Shown here: positions 1 through 7,755 of the stretch, one piece after another
Layout: every line of letters begins with the position of its first letter
Position numbering within the stretch: the stretch's first letter is position 1
Position numbers and translations under genes: made by a program
The notes under the pieces: generated by a model
Seen by the model: the letters and a program-made list of their open reading frames with translations, nothing else
Told to the model about the DNA's origin: nothing
Databases searched by the model: none
From: Planctomycetota bacterium
Lineage (GTDB): Bacteria > Planctomycetota > Phycisphaerae > SM23-33
Reading direction: 5' to 3'
Assembly: GCA_016235825.1 (NCBI GenBank)
Contig: JACRIL010000102.1
Coordinates: 751 to 64,750 of the forward strand
DNA length: 64,000 nucleotides

Positions 1-292
1 GAATGATCTGGTCGGGCAGCAATTGCTTGTATCGGAAGGACTCGCCCATGTAACGCGGAGTGATGTAGACGAGATTTCCGACCCTGCAACTGATATTTCC
101 GCCCGCGGAATCCGACAGGTGCCTGTCATAGATAAGGCCGCCGATCTCCAGGATGGTGTTGCGGGGATTCTTCAGGCTGTGTCTGCACACCGCGCAGCTC
201 CCTGGCCGGGAAGGAATGGAGTTGGCGATCACCCGACGGACCACGTCCTCGATGAGATTTTGATTCATTGGATTGTTATTACTGGTTGTCAT
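1..292 (-). CDS. class II aldolase/adducin-family protein (FucA/MtnB-like), 5' part; runs off window start
   Basis: Minus-strand ATG at 292 preceded by GGAGAT RBS. Translation MTTSNNNPMNQNLIEDVVRRVIANS...SAGGNISCRVGNLVYITPRYMGE matches the N-terminal fold and GNxS(V/C)R motif of class II aldolases. Open to position 1 (partial). Confidence 0.7.
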   Translation of the reverse strand, partial: MTTSNNNPMNQNLIEDVVRRVIANSIPSRPGSCAVCRHSLKNPRNTILEIGGLIYDRHLSDSAGGNISCRVGNLVYITPRYMGESFRYKQLLPDQII

Positions 293-303
293 GTTTATCT
301 CCA

Positions 304-1617
304 TCATTTCAGGTCGAAGAGCTTTACCTGCCGGCCCTTCGTGTCTCCCCACAGGTCATAAGCGGCCTTGACCTCGGGTGAACTGTCCGCCATTTTCGCG
401 TAAGGAACGCCCTTAACCGCGGCGTCGATCACCTGCCGCATCGCCTTGGCGCCCAGGGTCGGGCCCATGGGGTGGCCGTGGATCGCTCCTCCGCATCCGA
501 TGATGCAGTCGATGCCCAGGTCCTCGACGACGGAATGCACGTTGCCGTTGTTGATGCCGCCGCCGGGCATGGGGAACGAGCGTTTGATGCTGCCGAACTC
601 GCAGGTCAGCGCGTTGGCGATCAACATGTGTTTTTCTCTGAAGAAATTGAATTTGCCGTAGGGGGAGGGATACACGACGATGTCCGCTCCGGCCAACCTG
701 GCCAGCTTTCCAAGGACCAGGTGCGAGCTCAGGCCGGAATAATGGGACTCGTAGAGCACGCCCGCGAAATCCAGGTGGGCAAGGATGGGCACGTTGATCT
801 CGGGGTCGTCGGCCAGGCTTTGCAGGACGGAATACCCGGCGGTCAGGAAGTTCAGCATGACCGCGTTGACGCCCATTTTGACCGCATTTTTCGCGTTCCG
901 GATGGCTTCCGTCGCGTTATTCGTCACATTCACCGTGAAAAGGGTGTGCTCGCCGGTCTCCCGAAATACCTTTTCCTCAGCCTTCATGTACAGCTCGACC
1001 CTTTTTGCCATTGGGCAGAATGGCGGATCCGCGATCAGCTCGTCGTCCTTGATAATGTCGACGCCGCCCAAAGCCGCCTGATAGAACAGTTTCGCTCCCA
1101 CCTCGGGCGTATATCCCGTGCACGGCTTGATCATGTTGTTCAGAAGCGGGCGACCTTGCACGCCTAAAATCTTTCGCACCCCTTCAACGCCGAACTTCGG
1201 GCCTTTGAACCCTTTCATGAAATAATCCGAAAATTTGAGGTCGAGCAGTTTCAGCCTGCCGCACATGGAGATGTTCCCGATGACCGTCGAGAGCAGCATG
1301 GGGATCTGGGAGCCGAAATTGACCTCCGGGTAAGCGACCTGCAGGACAAAGGACCTGCTTTCGACGCCTTTGGGGAGTTCGAACTCGTAGGCGGGCACTT
1401 CCAGGACGCTCACGACCTTGCCGCAGTACTTTTTCCTGATCTCGGCGGTTTCCTCCGGAACCTGGACCCATGTGCCCGTGGTCTGTTCCACGGCGAGGGC
1501 CGCCGCGAAAACATTGATATCCGTCGCAGGCGGCACTTCCACCAGGTAGGTCGCAATGGTGTAGTCGCCTTTTGAGGCCGTTTCAGGTGAAATGAAGAAC
1601 TGATCCAGGATTCCCAT
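304..1617 (-). CDS. RuBisCO large-subunit family protein, probable form IV RuBisCO-like protein (RLP)
   Basis: Carries the GGVDIIKDDE carbamylation-lysine motif, CGGAIHGHPMG (cf. GGGTLGHPWG) and MIKPCTGY (cf. TIKPKLGL; Lys177 equivalent replaced by Cys, typical of RLPs). Start chosen at the internal Met MGILDQ with an AAGGAAAG RBS, just downstream of the stop of the preceding gene. Confidence 0.85.
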   Translation of the reverse strand: MGILDQFFISPETASKGDYTIATYLVEVPPATDINVFAAALAVEQTTGTWVQVPEETAEIRKKYCGKVVSVLEVPAYEFELPKGVESRSFVLQVAYPEVNFGSQIPMLLSTVIGNISMCGRLKLLDLKFSDYFMKGFKGPKFGVEGVRKILGVQGRPLLNNMIKPCTGYTPEVGAKLFYQAALGGVDIIKDDELIADPPFCPMAKRVELYMKAEEKVFRETGEHTLFTVNVTNNATEAIRNAKNAVKMGVNAVMLNFLTAGYSVLQSLADDPEINVPILAHLDFAGVLYESHYSGLSSHLVLGKLARLAGADIVVYPSPYGKFNFFREKHMLIANALTCEFGSIKRSFPMPGGGINNGNVHSVVEDLGIDCIIGCGGAIHGHPMGPTLGAKAMRQVIDAAVKGVPYAKMADSSPEVKAAYDLWGDTKGRQVKLFDLK

Positions 1618-1648
1618 CGTTACTTTCCTTCTATCATGATGAACATTG

Positions 1649-2632
1649 TTATTTACAGATGGCCTCGCGCAGAAGCCTTGACGATTCCGTCGCATCGCCC
1701 TTTCGGATGACCTCGGCGATTCTGTCCAGCCCCATTTTCTCGAGCAGGCCCCTCAGGCCGTTGACCCAGGCGATGGATTCCTCGACCGCCCGCAGGCCGT
1801 TCTCCCGGTAGGGAAAGATGTCCAATGTGTAGTAATCGTCGTAACCCGTCCGATCGAGCCAGTACAGCATCTCGAGCGCCTCGATGGTGTGGACGGACCC
1901 GAACATCATGTCGTCGTCCCAGTCGCCGTAATTGTCGTTGATGTGGATGTAAAAAAGCCTTTTGCGCCCGCCGCTGTTGACCATCGCCACGGCTTCAGCG
2001 GGGTTTTCCTGTGCCGCCGAGGAATGTCCGCTGTCTATCAGGATTCCGACGTTGTCCCTGCCGATGGTGTCGACCAGCAGGACCGTGCGTGGCGCGTTGT
2101 TCGTGAAGATGTGCGTGCGCGGCTCTTTCTGCTTGTATTCCACGCAGATCTTGACGTCCTTCCTGTGGTCCGCGCACTGCCGGACGCCTTCGATGATCTG
2201 CTCCCACGCTTCGAGGTAATCGGCCTGGAAGGCATAATCGTATCCGTCCTGCCCGAGCCAGACGTCGACCTTGTCGCAGCCGACCCGCGCCGCCATGTCC
2301 ATGGACTTTTTAACCTCATCCGCGGCGGCCCTGCGGATCGACGCGTCCTTCGAAGTGAAGCTTCCTTTCCCCCATTTGGCTTGAGTCCAGAGGTCCGGCA
2401 CCATCATCGAAACCGCCAGCCCGGCGTTCTTCAGGCAGACGCTGATTTCATCAAAGTTTTTTTCGTTGACGTGCCAGTTTCCGACCAGCTCTATTCCCTT
2501 CAACTCCTTCACCTTCGACGCCAGGGCGATCATCTCCGGAACGGTCCTGTTTGTGCCGTAGCCCGACAGACAATACCGGTCTGCGCAAGAGCCGAATGGC
2601 GGGAGACACGCGCCGAACTTCAACTTTTTCAT
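1649..2632 (-). CDS. sugar phosphate isomerase/epimerase (xylose-isomerase-like TIM barrel)
   Basis: Full-length ORF with typical family composition (…IHINDNYGDWDDD…). Start taken at MKKLKF with an AGAGGA RBS. Tandem with and upstream of the RLP gene. Confidence 0.8.
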   Translation of the reverse strand: MKKLKFGACLPPFGSCADRYCLSGYGTNRTVPEMIALASKVKELKGIELVGNWHVNEKNFDEISVCLKNAGLAVSMMVPDLWTQAKWGKGSFTSKDASIRRAAADEVKKSMDMAARVGCDKVDVWLGQDGYDYAFQADYLEAWEQIIEGVRQCADHRKDVKICVEYKQKEPRTHIFTNNAPRTVLLVDTIGRDNVGILIDSGHSSAAQENPAEAVAMVNSGGRKRLFYIHINDNYGDWDDDMMFGSVHTIEALEMLYWLDRTGYDDYYTLDIFPYRENGLRAVEESIAWVNGLRGLLEKMGLDRIAEVIRKGDATESSRLLREAICK

Positions 2633-2839
2633 GCCTGTCCTCTTTGAATGTTTATTAAAAAAAGTGCAGAATTCTTTATGAATGATGAATGGCACATATC
2701 GCCAGCAGAATTGTGATTATCTCAAAGACGGCCGGAAATTCAAGCATAATTCGTTTTCCCTTGTTCATTTTCCCGGTTCTGCCGCTCCGAATTCGGCTGA
2801 GGCCTTGCCCGGCCCGGCCTGACCGGTGATAATCAGATT

Positions 2840-4030
2840 GTGAGCGAGGAGCGCCTTTTTATCGGGCTGTACAGCGGGCCTGCCGCCGACGGGATAGACG
2901 CGGCCCTGGCGTCCGTCGTCGGCGCCGGCGAGGCGATATCGGTCAGGCAGGTTTTGGCTATTCACCACGAATTGCCAGATCAGGCCCGCAGATGGGTCCT
3001 GATGTTCGGCGCCGGTCCGCGCGAACCCATGCCAAACCAGGGTCAGGCCGGCTCGCTGGGCCCGTCGGGCGTGGCGGTGGGTCTTGCCATGCTCGACCGC
3101 GACCTGGGCCAGGCATTCGCGTCGGCCGCCGAGGAACTGCTGGCCGCCGCTGACGTGCAGGCACAGGACGTCTCGGCCGTCGGCATGAGCGGCCAGGCCA
3201 TCGCGCACATCCCGCCCGACATATCCCGCCCGACGGGCGCGGGCCTGGAACTCGGCTGCCCGGCCATCGTGGCAAGAAAGATCGCCAGGCCGGTCGTCGC
3301 GGAATTTTCCAAATGCGACATCGCCGCAGGCGGACAGGGCGGGCCGATCTGTGCCTGGGCCGACTGGATACTCATGCGGCACGAGACGCTCAGCCGGGCC
3401 GTCGTCCATTTGGGCGGCATCGCCTCGCTGACCTTCGTGCCCGCCGCCGCACAGGCCTGCGATGTCGTGGCATGGGACGTCGGGCCGGGCACCTGCCTGC
3501 TGGACGACCTGGCCCACAAGCTGTTCAACAGGCCCTTCGACCACGACGGCGGCATCGCCTCGGCCGGCAAGGTCAACCCAGCCCTGCTCAACGAAATGAT
3601 GTCGCATCCTTACTTCCAGCTTCCGCCGCCCAAGACCACCAGCCGCAACGAATGGGGCGCATCGCACGTCTGGCGGGTGCTCAACGCCGCCCAAAAGCAC
3701 GCCTGCGACGGGGCCGATCTGCTGGCCACCGTAGCCGAATGTTCGGCGATGCTGATCGCAAAGGCCCTGGCCGGCCTGACCGAAAGGCCGCACGAGATAA
3801 TCCTCTCCGGCGGCGGGGCCATGAACATTTCGCTGGCGGGAAAAATCAGAAAGCTCATGTCCCCGTGCAGCACTTACACGGTCGAGCGATACGGTTGTGG
3901 CATCAGGTCGTACCGGGCCGTGTGCATGGCCGTCCTGGCCGCGGCAAGGCTCGACGGCATTCAGATATCCTGCCCCGCCGCCACAGGCTCGCCTGTCCCG
4001 GCAACCCTCGGTTCACTCACCCTGCCATGA
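2840..4030 (+). CDS. anmK: anhydro-N-acetylmuramic acid kinase
   Basis: GTG start. N-terminal LFIGLYSGPAADGIDAAL (cf. AnmK MSGTSxDGIDxAL) and C-terminal SGGGAMN motif. Confidence 0.85.
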   Translation: MSEERLFIGLYSGPAADGIDAALASVVGAGEAISVRQVLAIHHELPDQARRWVLMFGAGPREPMPNQGQAGSLGPSGVAVGLAMLDRDLGQAFASAAEELLAAADVQAQDVSAVGMSGQAIAHIPPDISRPTGAGLELGCPAIVARKIARPVVAEFSKCDIAAGGQGGPICAWADWILMRHETLSRAVVHLGGIASLTFVPAAAQACDVVAWDVGPGTCLLDDLAHKLFNRPFDHDGGIASAGKVNPALLNEMMSHPYFQLPPPKTTSRNEWGASHVWRVLNAAQKHACDGADLLATVAECSAMLIAKALAGLTERPHEIILSGGGAMNISLAGKIRKLMSPCSTYTVERYGCGIRSYRAVCMAVLAAARLDGIQISCPAATGSPVPATLGSLTLP

Positions 4031-4080
4031 TGATGCTTGTCGCAAATGGTCGACGACCGGAAGGCGGTTGATTTTCCCGG

Positions 4081-4192
4081 CACAACTGTTTTCAGCCCGC
4101 AGGGCGGCTGAAAGTAGCCCCGTCCGTAGCGCAGCGAAGGGCGGGGAAAAGGTTGCGCCGAGTTCAGAGTCCCTTGCGGGCGATTGAAATCG
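4081..4192. repeat. dispersed structured repeat, family C (small GCCCGCAGGGC hairpin + TGAAAGTAGCC + CCCCGTCC…GGGCGGGG hairpin + CCCTTGCGGGCGATTGAA)
   Basis: Homologous copies seen at 11681..11765 and 17360..17475, plus an inverted copy at 17476..17570. Related modules at 28290..28440 and 32195..32395. The CCCTTGCGGGCGATTGAA tail also appears near 20925. Confidence 0.7.
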
Positions 4193-4317
4193 GCATCATT
4201 CCCAAACCTTGTCCGGATCGAACCGCACGCCGTGCCGTTCGAGGAACTTCGAGGAATTCATCTTCAAAGGAAACAACCTTGTGATGGCCTGAATGGGATT
4301 CGTGGTATAATATCCTC

Positions 4318-4746
4318 ATGTCCCGGAGGCGAAAGATAACCTGGCTTGTCGTCCTGCTGGTCCTGGCCGGCGGCTCCGGCGGTTATTGCTGGTACTGGCG
4401 GTCCACCGCCGTCGACCGCAAGGTCCGCCAACTTGTCTACGAAGCCGCAGGATACCCGGACACAAGGACAGAAAGAATCCTCAGGAAAATGAAACTGGAT
4501 TTCCTGATCCGCGAAAAGCCAAAATCCAGAAGAGATGATGGAATGATGTTTTGGGAAGAGAGCGTTATAGTCAAGGAAATTGAAGCTATCGGTATTGCTG
4601 CCACACCAGAACTCCTTTCTATGCTTAAAGACGAGAATAACGATATACGCTATAAGGCTGCCGAATTCCTCGGTCGGATCAGAGACGCAAGGTCGATTGA
4701 ACCCTTGATACAGATACTGCAGACAGAACATGATTTAAAAGTTTGA
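4318..4746 (+). CDS. HEAT-repeat (PBS-lyase-type) protein, N-terminal part with TM anchor; ends at in-frame TGA
   Basis: N-terminal hydrophobic helix followed by HEAT-like repeats. Low-GC region. Same reading frame as the 4789..5415 ORF. Confidence 0.6.
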   Translation: MSRRRKITWLVVLLVLAGGSGGYCWYWRSTAVDRKVRQLVYEAAGYPDTRTERILRKMKLDFLIREKPKSRRDDGMMFWEESVIVKEIEAIGIAATPELLSMLKDENNDIRYKAAEFLGRIRDARSIEPLIQILQTEHDLKV

Positions 4747-4788
4747 AGATTTTTACCTTACGTTCTTAGTTGGTTTGGGGACAAAAGA

Positions 4789-5415
4789 GTGGTAGATCCG
4801 CTGATTATGGCAATGCAGAAGGATTCAGATTCAGAGGTTCGTTGCCACTCAGCTATCGCCCTCGCTAAACTTGGCGACAAAAGGGCGGTAGACCCGCTGA
4901 TCCGGGCAATGCGGAATGATTCAGATTCACAAGTACGTTGGTATTCAATTATTGCCCTTGATGAACTTGGTGACAAAAGAGCGGCTGTACCGTTGATAGA
5001 GATATTGCAGAAAAATGAAATAGGGTATGTCCGACGACATGCAGCTGAAGTCCTTGGGAAACTGGGCGACACAAGAGCATTAGAACCACTGATTGAGGCA
5101 ATGCAGAAGGATGCTGATAGGAATGTCCGATATGCTTCGGTAACAGCTCTTGGCAAACTGGGTGACAAAAAAGCTTTTGAGCCTCTCATGCAAGCTTTGG
5201 CAAAGGATAGGGATGAAGATCATTTTATTCAAGGATACGCGGCAGTCGCCCTTGGCGAACTTGGCGATCCTCGCGCATTAAATGCAGTTGAAGACGCATA
5301 TAAAAATGATTTTGACAAGACTTCGCATCAATTCTACGAGGCAGCGATAGCGAAGCTCAAGTCCGCCGCGACGAGGCCGGGGGAGGTTGGCACGCGGCCG
5401 GCGGGAAAACTATAA
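4789..5415 (+). CDS. HEAT-repeat protein, C-terminal continuation (same frame as 4318..4746)
   Basis: Five tandem repeats of the type AxxALGKLGDKRAVxPLIxAMxxDxDxxVR. Its 'start' is a GTG inside a repeat unit, 14 codons after the TGA. Confidence 0.6.
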   Translation: MVDPLIMAMQKDSDSEVRCHSAIALAKLGDKRAVDPLIRAMRNDSDSQVRWYSIIALDELGDKRAAVPLIEILQKNEIGYVRRHAAEVLGKLGDTRALEPLIEAMQKDADRNVRYASVTALGKLGDKKAFEPLMQALAKDRDEDHFIQGYAAVALGELGDPRALNAVEDAYKNDFDKTSHQFYEAAIAKLKSAATRPGEVGTRPAGKL

Positions 5416-5557
5416 TTCAGCAGATGGCCGGTTCAGGCAGGAACAATTCGAGTTCCTGCAGCAGCATGAGATTATCCGCGATCTGTCGAGCTACGGCACA
5501 TCGTGCGGGCGTCCATTCGTCAGGAGACCGCGGTTCTTCAAACCGCCTGATCGTGAA

Positions 5558-5665
5558 AGGAATGACATGAACGAATCGCCACAGAATGCAATGAAGAAGC
5601 TGAGGCTCAGCGGTATGAGCCGGACGCTGGATGTCCGGTCCAGTGTCGCCGAGCGGATCAAAACC
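5558..5665 (+). pseudogene. possible IS21-family IstB N-terminal remnant (35-codon ORF)
   Basis: AAAGGAA RBS 5 nt before the ATG. Peptide MNESPQNAMKKLRLSGMSRTLDV resembles the IstB N-terminus (…LKxLRLSGMxxxL…). Truncated by a stop after 35 codons. Adjacent to a low-GC island. Confidence 0.3.
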
Positions 5666-5685
5666 AGCCAATAGTTGTGGTTTTC

Positions 5686-6309
5686 TCAAAGCCCGACGAA
5701 GTTCCGCATGATTTGCAGGCCGGCCGACTGGCTTTTTTCGGGGTGAAACTGCGTGGCGAAGAGATTGCCCCTGCAAATCGAGGACGTGAAATTCAGGCCG
5801 TATTCCGTTTTCGTGCATACGACCGGCTCATCCCGCGGCACGACGTAATAGCTGTGGCAGAAATAGACGTACTGGCCGTCTTCCAGCCCGGCAAGAAATG
5901 GGCACGAGCCGTTCCATGATATCCGGTTCCAGCCCATATGAGGCACGGCAAGCCTTTGGCCGACCAGGCTGGAGAAATCAAAACGCACGACCTGCCCCGG
6001 AATGATGCCAAGCCCTGCGTGCCTGCCGTCCTCGAAAGAAACGTCGAACAGCAGTTGCAGACCCAGGCAGATGCCCAGAAACGGCGCGCCGCCGGAGGCC
6101 GCCTGAATCAGAGGCTTGTCGAACCCGGCCGATCGCAGCCGCCCGATCGCGTCGCGAAATGCACCGACGCCGGGCAGGACGATCTTTTCCGCCCCGGCCA
6201 GGCCGGCCGGCGAGGCGATTATCCGCGCATCGCCCCCGGCCCGCTGAAGCGCCTTCTGCACGCTTCGCAGATTGCCCATCCCGTAATCTATTATCGCTAT
6301 CCACGACAT
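5686..6309 (-). CDS. hisH: imidazole glycerol phosphate synthase, glutamine amidotransferase subunit
   Basis: MSWIAIIDYGMGNLRSV…GICLGLQLL…HMGWN…FHPEKS class I glutamine amidotransferase triad motifs. Confidence 0.9.
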   Translation of the reverse strand: MSWIAIIDYGMGNLRSVQKALQRAGGDARIIASPAGLAGAEKIVLPGVGAFRDAIGRLRSAGFDKPLIQAASGGAPFLGICLGLQLLFDVSFEDGRHAGLGIIPGQVVRFDFSSLVGQRLAVPHMGWNRISWNGSCPFLAGLEDGQYVYFCHSYYVVPRDEPVVCTKTEYGLNFTSSICRGNLFATQFHPEKSQSAGLQIMRNFVGL

Positions 6310-6414
6310 CTGAATTGCCCGGACCATTCCACAAACTCAAGGCCCACGGGTTTGATCGCCCGTGGGCCTGTGATGCGTTTTAAATTTTGCGACTTCGCGC
6401 CAACTCAGCGATGT

Positions 6415-7083
6415 CTATTTAATGACGACAATCTCGACCCTTCGGTTCTTGGACTTGTTGGCCTTGTCCAGCGGGTGATGCTCGCCCATGCCTATGGTCT
6501 CGATCCGGTCGGCCGCAACGCCCTGGCCGATGAGATACCGTGAAACAGCCATCGCGCGGTTAGCCGACAGGTCAAGGTTGTCCTGCCAGAGGTTCTTGGT
6601 CCTCTTTATCGGGTCGTTGTCGGTATGGCCGTAGATCAGGACGGTCTTGCCGGCGAATTTGCCTTTCAGATCGGCGGCGATCTTGTCGAGCTCCTTCTTG
6701 CCGGCGGCGGTCAGAGCGGCCTGGCCGGAGGAGAACAGCACGTCGCCCTCGAGACTCCGCTGCACGCCTGCGGCATGAGGCGACCAGCCTGTAGTGCCTT
6801 CATCCGGTCCCAGCGGTTTGGGTCCTTCGGGGGGTTTGTTCGCCAGTTGCGCCTTCAGGCTGGTATTCTCCGCCTGCAAACCGTCCCTTTCGGCCGTCGC
6901 GTTCAGAAGATCCTTTTTTGCGGCGATAAACTGATTCTCCATATTGGTCTTCGCGACAGACATCTTGTTATGATTCTCGGTCATTGCCGCGAGGTCCTTC
7001 TTTTCCTGCTCGCAGCAGCCTATCGAAGACAGGACGTTAACCGCCAACATCAGACCGGCACAGACCAGCGCCAACCGACTCAT
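6415..7083 (-). CDS. OmpA-family lipoprotein with coiled-coil linker
   Basis: Signal peptide with lipobox (LSSIGC), coiled-coil region, C-terminal OmpA-like peptidoglycan-binding domain (…NLDLSANRAMAVSRYL…GMGEHHP…NRRVEIV). Confidence 0.8.
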   Translation of the reverse strand: MSRLALVCAGLMLAVNVLSSIGCCEQEKKDLAAMTENHNKMSVAKTNMENQFIAAKKDLLNATAERDGLQAENTSLKAQLANKPPEGPKPLGPDEGTTGWSPHAAGVQRSLEGDVLFSSGQAALTAAGKKELDKIAADLKGKFAGKTVLIYGHTDNDPIKRTKNLWQDNLDLSANRAMAVSRYLIGQGVAADRIETIGMGEHHPLDKANKSKNRRVEIVVIK

Positions 7084-7235
7084 GAGTCGCTCCTTCTCGC
7101 AATATGCGATAAAATGCCTCGCTTCCCTGAACCGGAAAGCATGGATACCCCGGGATTATAACCACTTCATCGGCAAGACTAAAAGATTTTTTTAATGAGT
7201 TTGCGTAATGCCCGGCCGGGAAAAGCCGCTTGCAA

Positions 7236-7264
7236 TTGACCGGCGGCGGGGCGGCATGTAGAAT
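7236..7264 (+). promoter_or_regulatory. sigma70-like promoter (TTGACC-17-TAGAAT) upstream of hisI-trkH-trkA
   Basis: TTGACC at 7236..7241, 17-nt spacer, TAGAAT at 7259..7264. Confidence 0.45.
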
Positions 7265-7333
7265 CCGCGAGCGTCTGAAACCCCGCCGGCCGGCGCGATG
7301 CCGCGGCGGATCAACCGGCACAGGAGCAATCAG

Positions 7334-7735
7334 GTGAGCGATTTATCTGAAACAATTAAAGGACTCAAGTACGACTCGTCGGGTCTGATACCGGCGATCA
7401 TCGTCGATCACAGGACCAAACAGGTCCTGATGATGGCATGGATGAACCAGGCCAGCCTGTTGGACACGATCAACAGGGGCAAGACGCATTTCTGGTCGCG
7501 AAGCCGGCAGAAATACTGGATGAAGGGCGAGGAATCCGGCCACACGCAGGACGTCAAGGCGGTCTTCACCGACTGCGACATGGACGCCCTTGTCATCGAG
7601 GTCGAGCAGCACGGTGCGGCCTGCCACGAGGGCTACTGGTCGTGCTTCTACCGCAGGCTGACGCCGGACGGCCGGCTGGAGATAACAGGCAAGCCCCTGT
7701 TCGACCCCAAGGCCGTTTACAAGAATAAAAAGTAA
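7334..7735 (+). CDS. hisI: phosphoribosyl-AMP cyclohydrolase
   Basis: …WSRSRQKYWMKGEESGH…DCDMDALVIEVEQ…CHEGYWSCFYR HisI motifs. GTG start at 7334 with an AGGAGC RBS preferred over the upstream ATG at 7298 (same frame). Confidence 0.8.
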   Translation: MSDLSETIKGLKYDSSGLIPAIIVDHRTKQVLMMAWMNQASLLDTINRGKTHFWSRSRQKYWMKGEESGHTQDVKAVFTDCDMDALVIEVEQHGAACHEGYWSCFYRRLTPDGRLEITGKPLFDPKAVYKNKK

Positions 7736-7755
7736 GGCATCGGGATTTTTCAACC

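Noticed and set aside
23-361. 112-aa plus-strand ORF at the window start
   Set aside because: It lies antisense to, and is fully explained by, the class II aldolase-family gene on the minus strand (strong RBS, homology). There is no RBS or homology for the plus ORF.
2765-3793. Long antisense ORFs overlapping anmK (also 3043..3591, 3313..4071) and many similar ORFs opposite other genes (e.g. 8137..9144, 12625..13698, 19410..20612, 38876..41026, 43755..45284, 48915..50444)
   Set aside because: High GC content generates long stop-free antisense frames. None has an RBS or recognisable motifs, and each is fully covered by a well-supported gene on the other strand.
5387-5674. 95-aa ORF spanning the IstB-like remnant
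   Set aside because: Only the last 35 codons have an RBS and a recognisable motif. The longer frame has no start context, so it is treated as a remnant rather than a gene.
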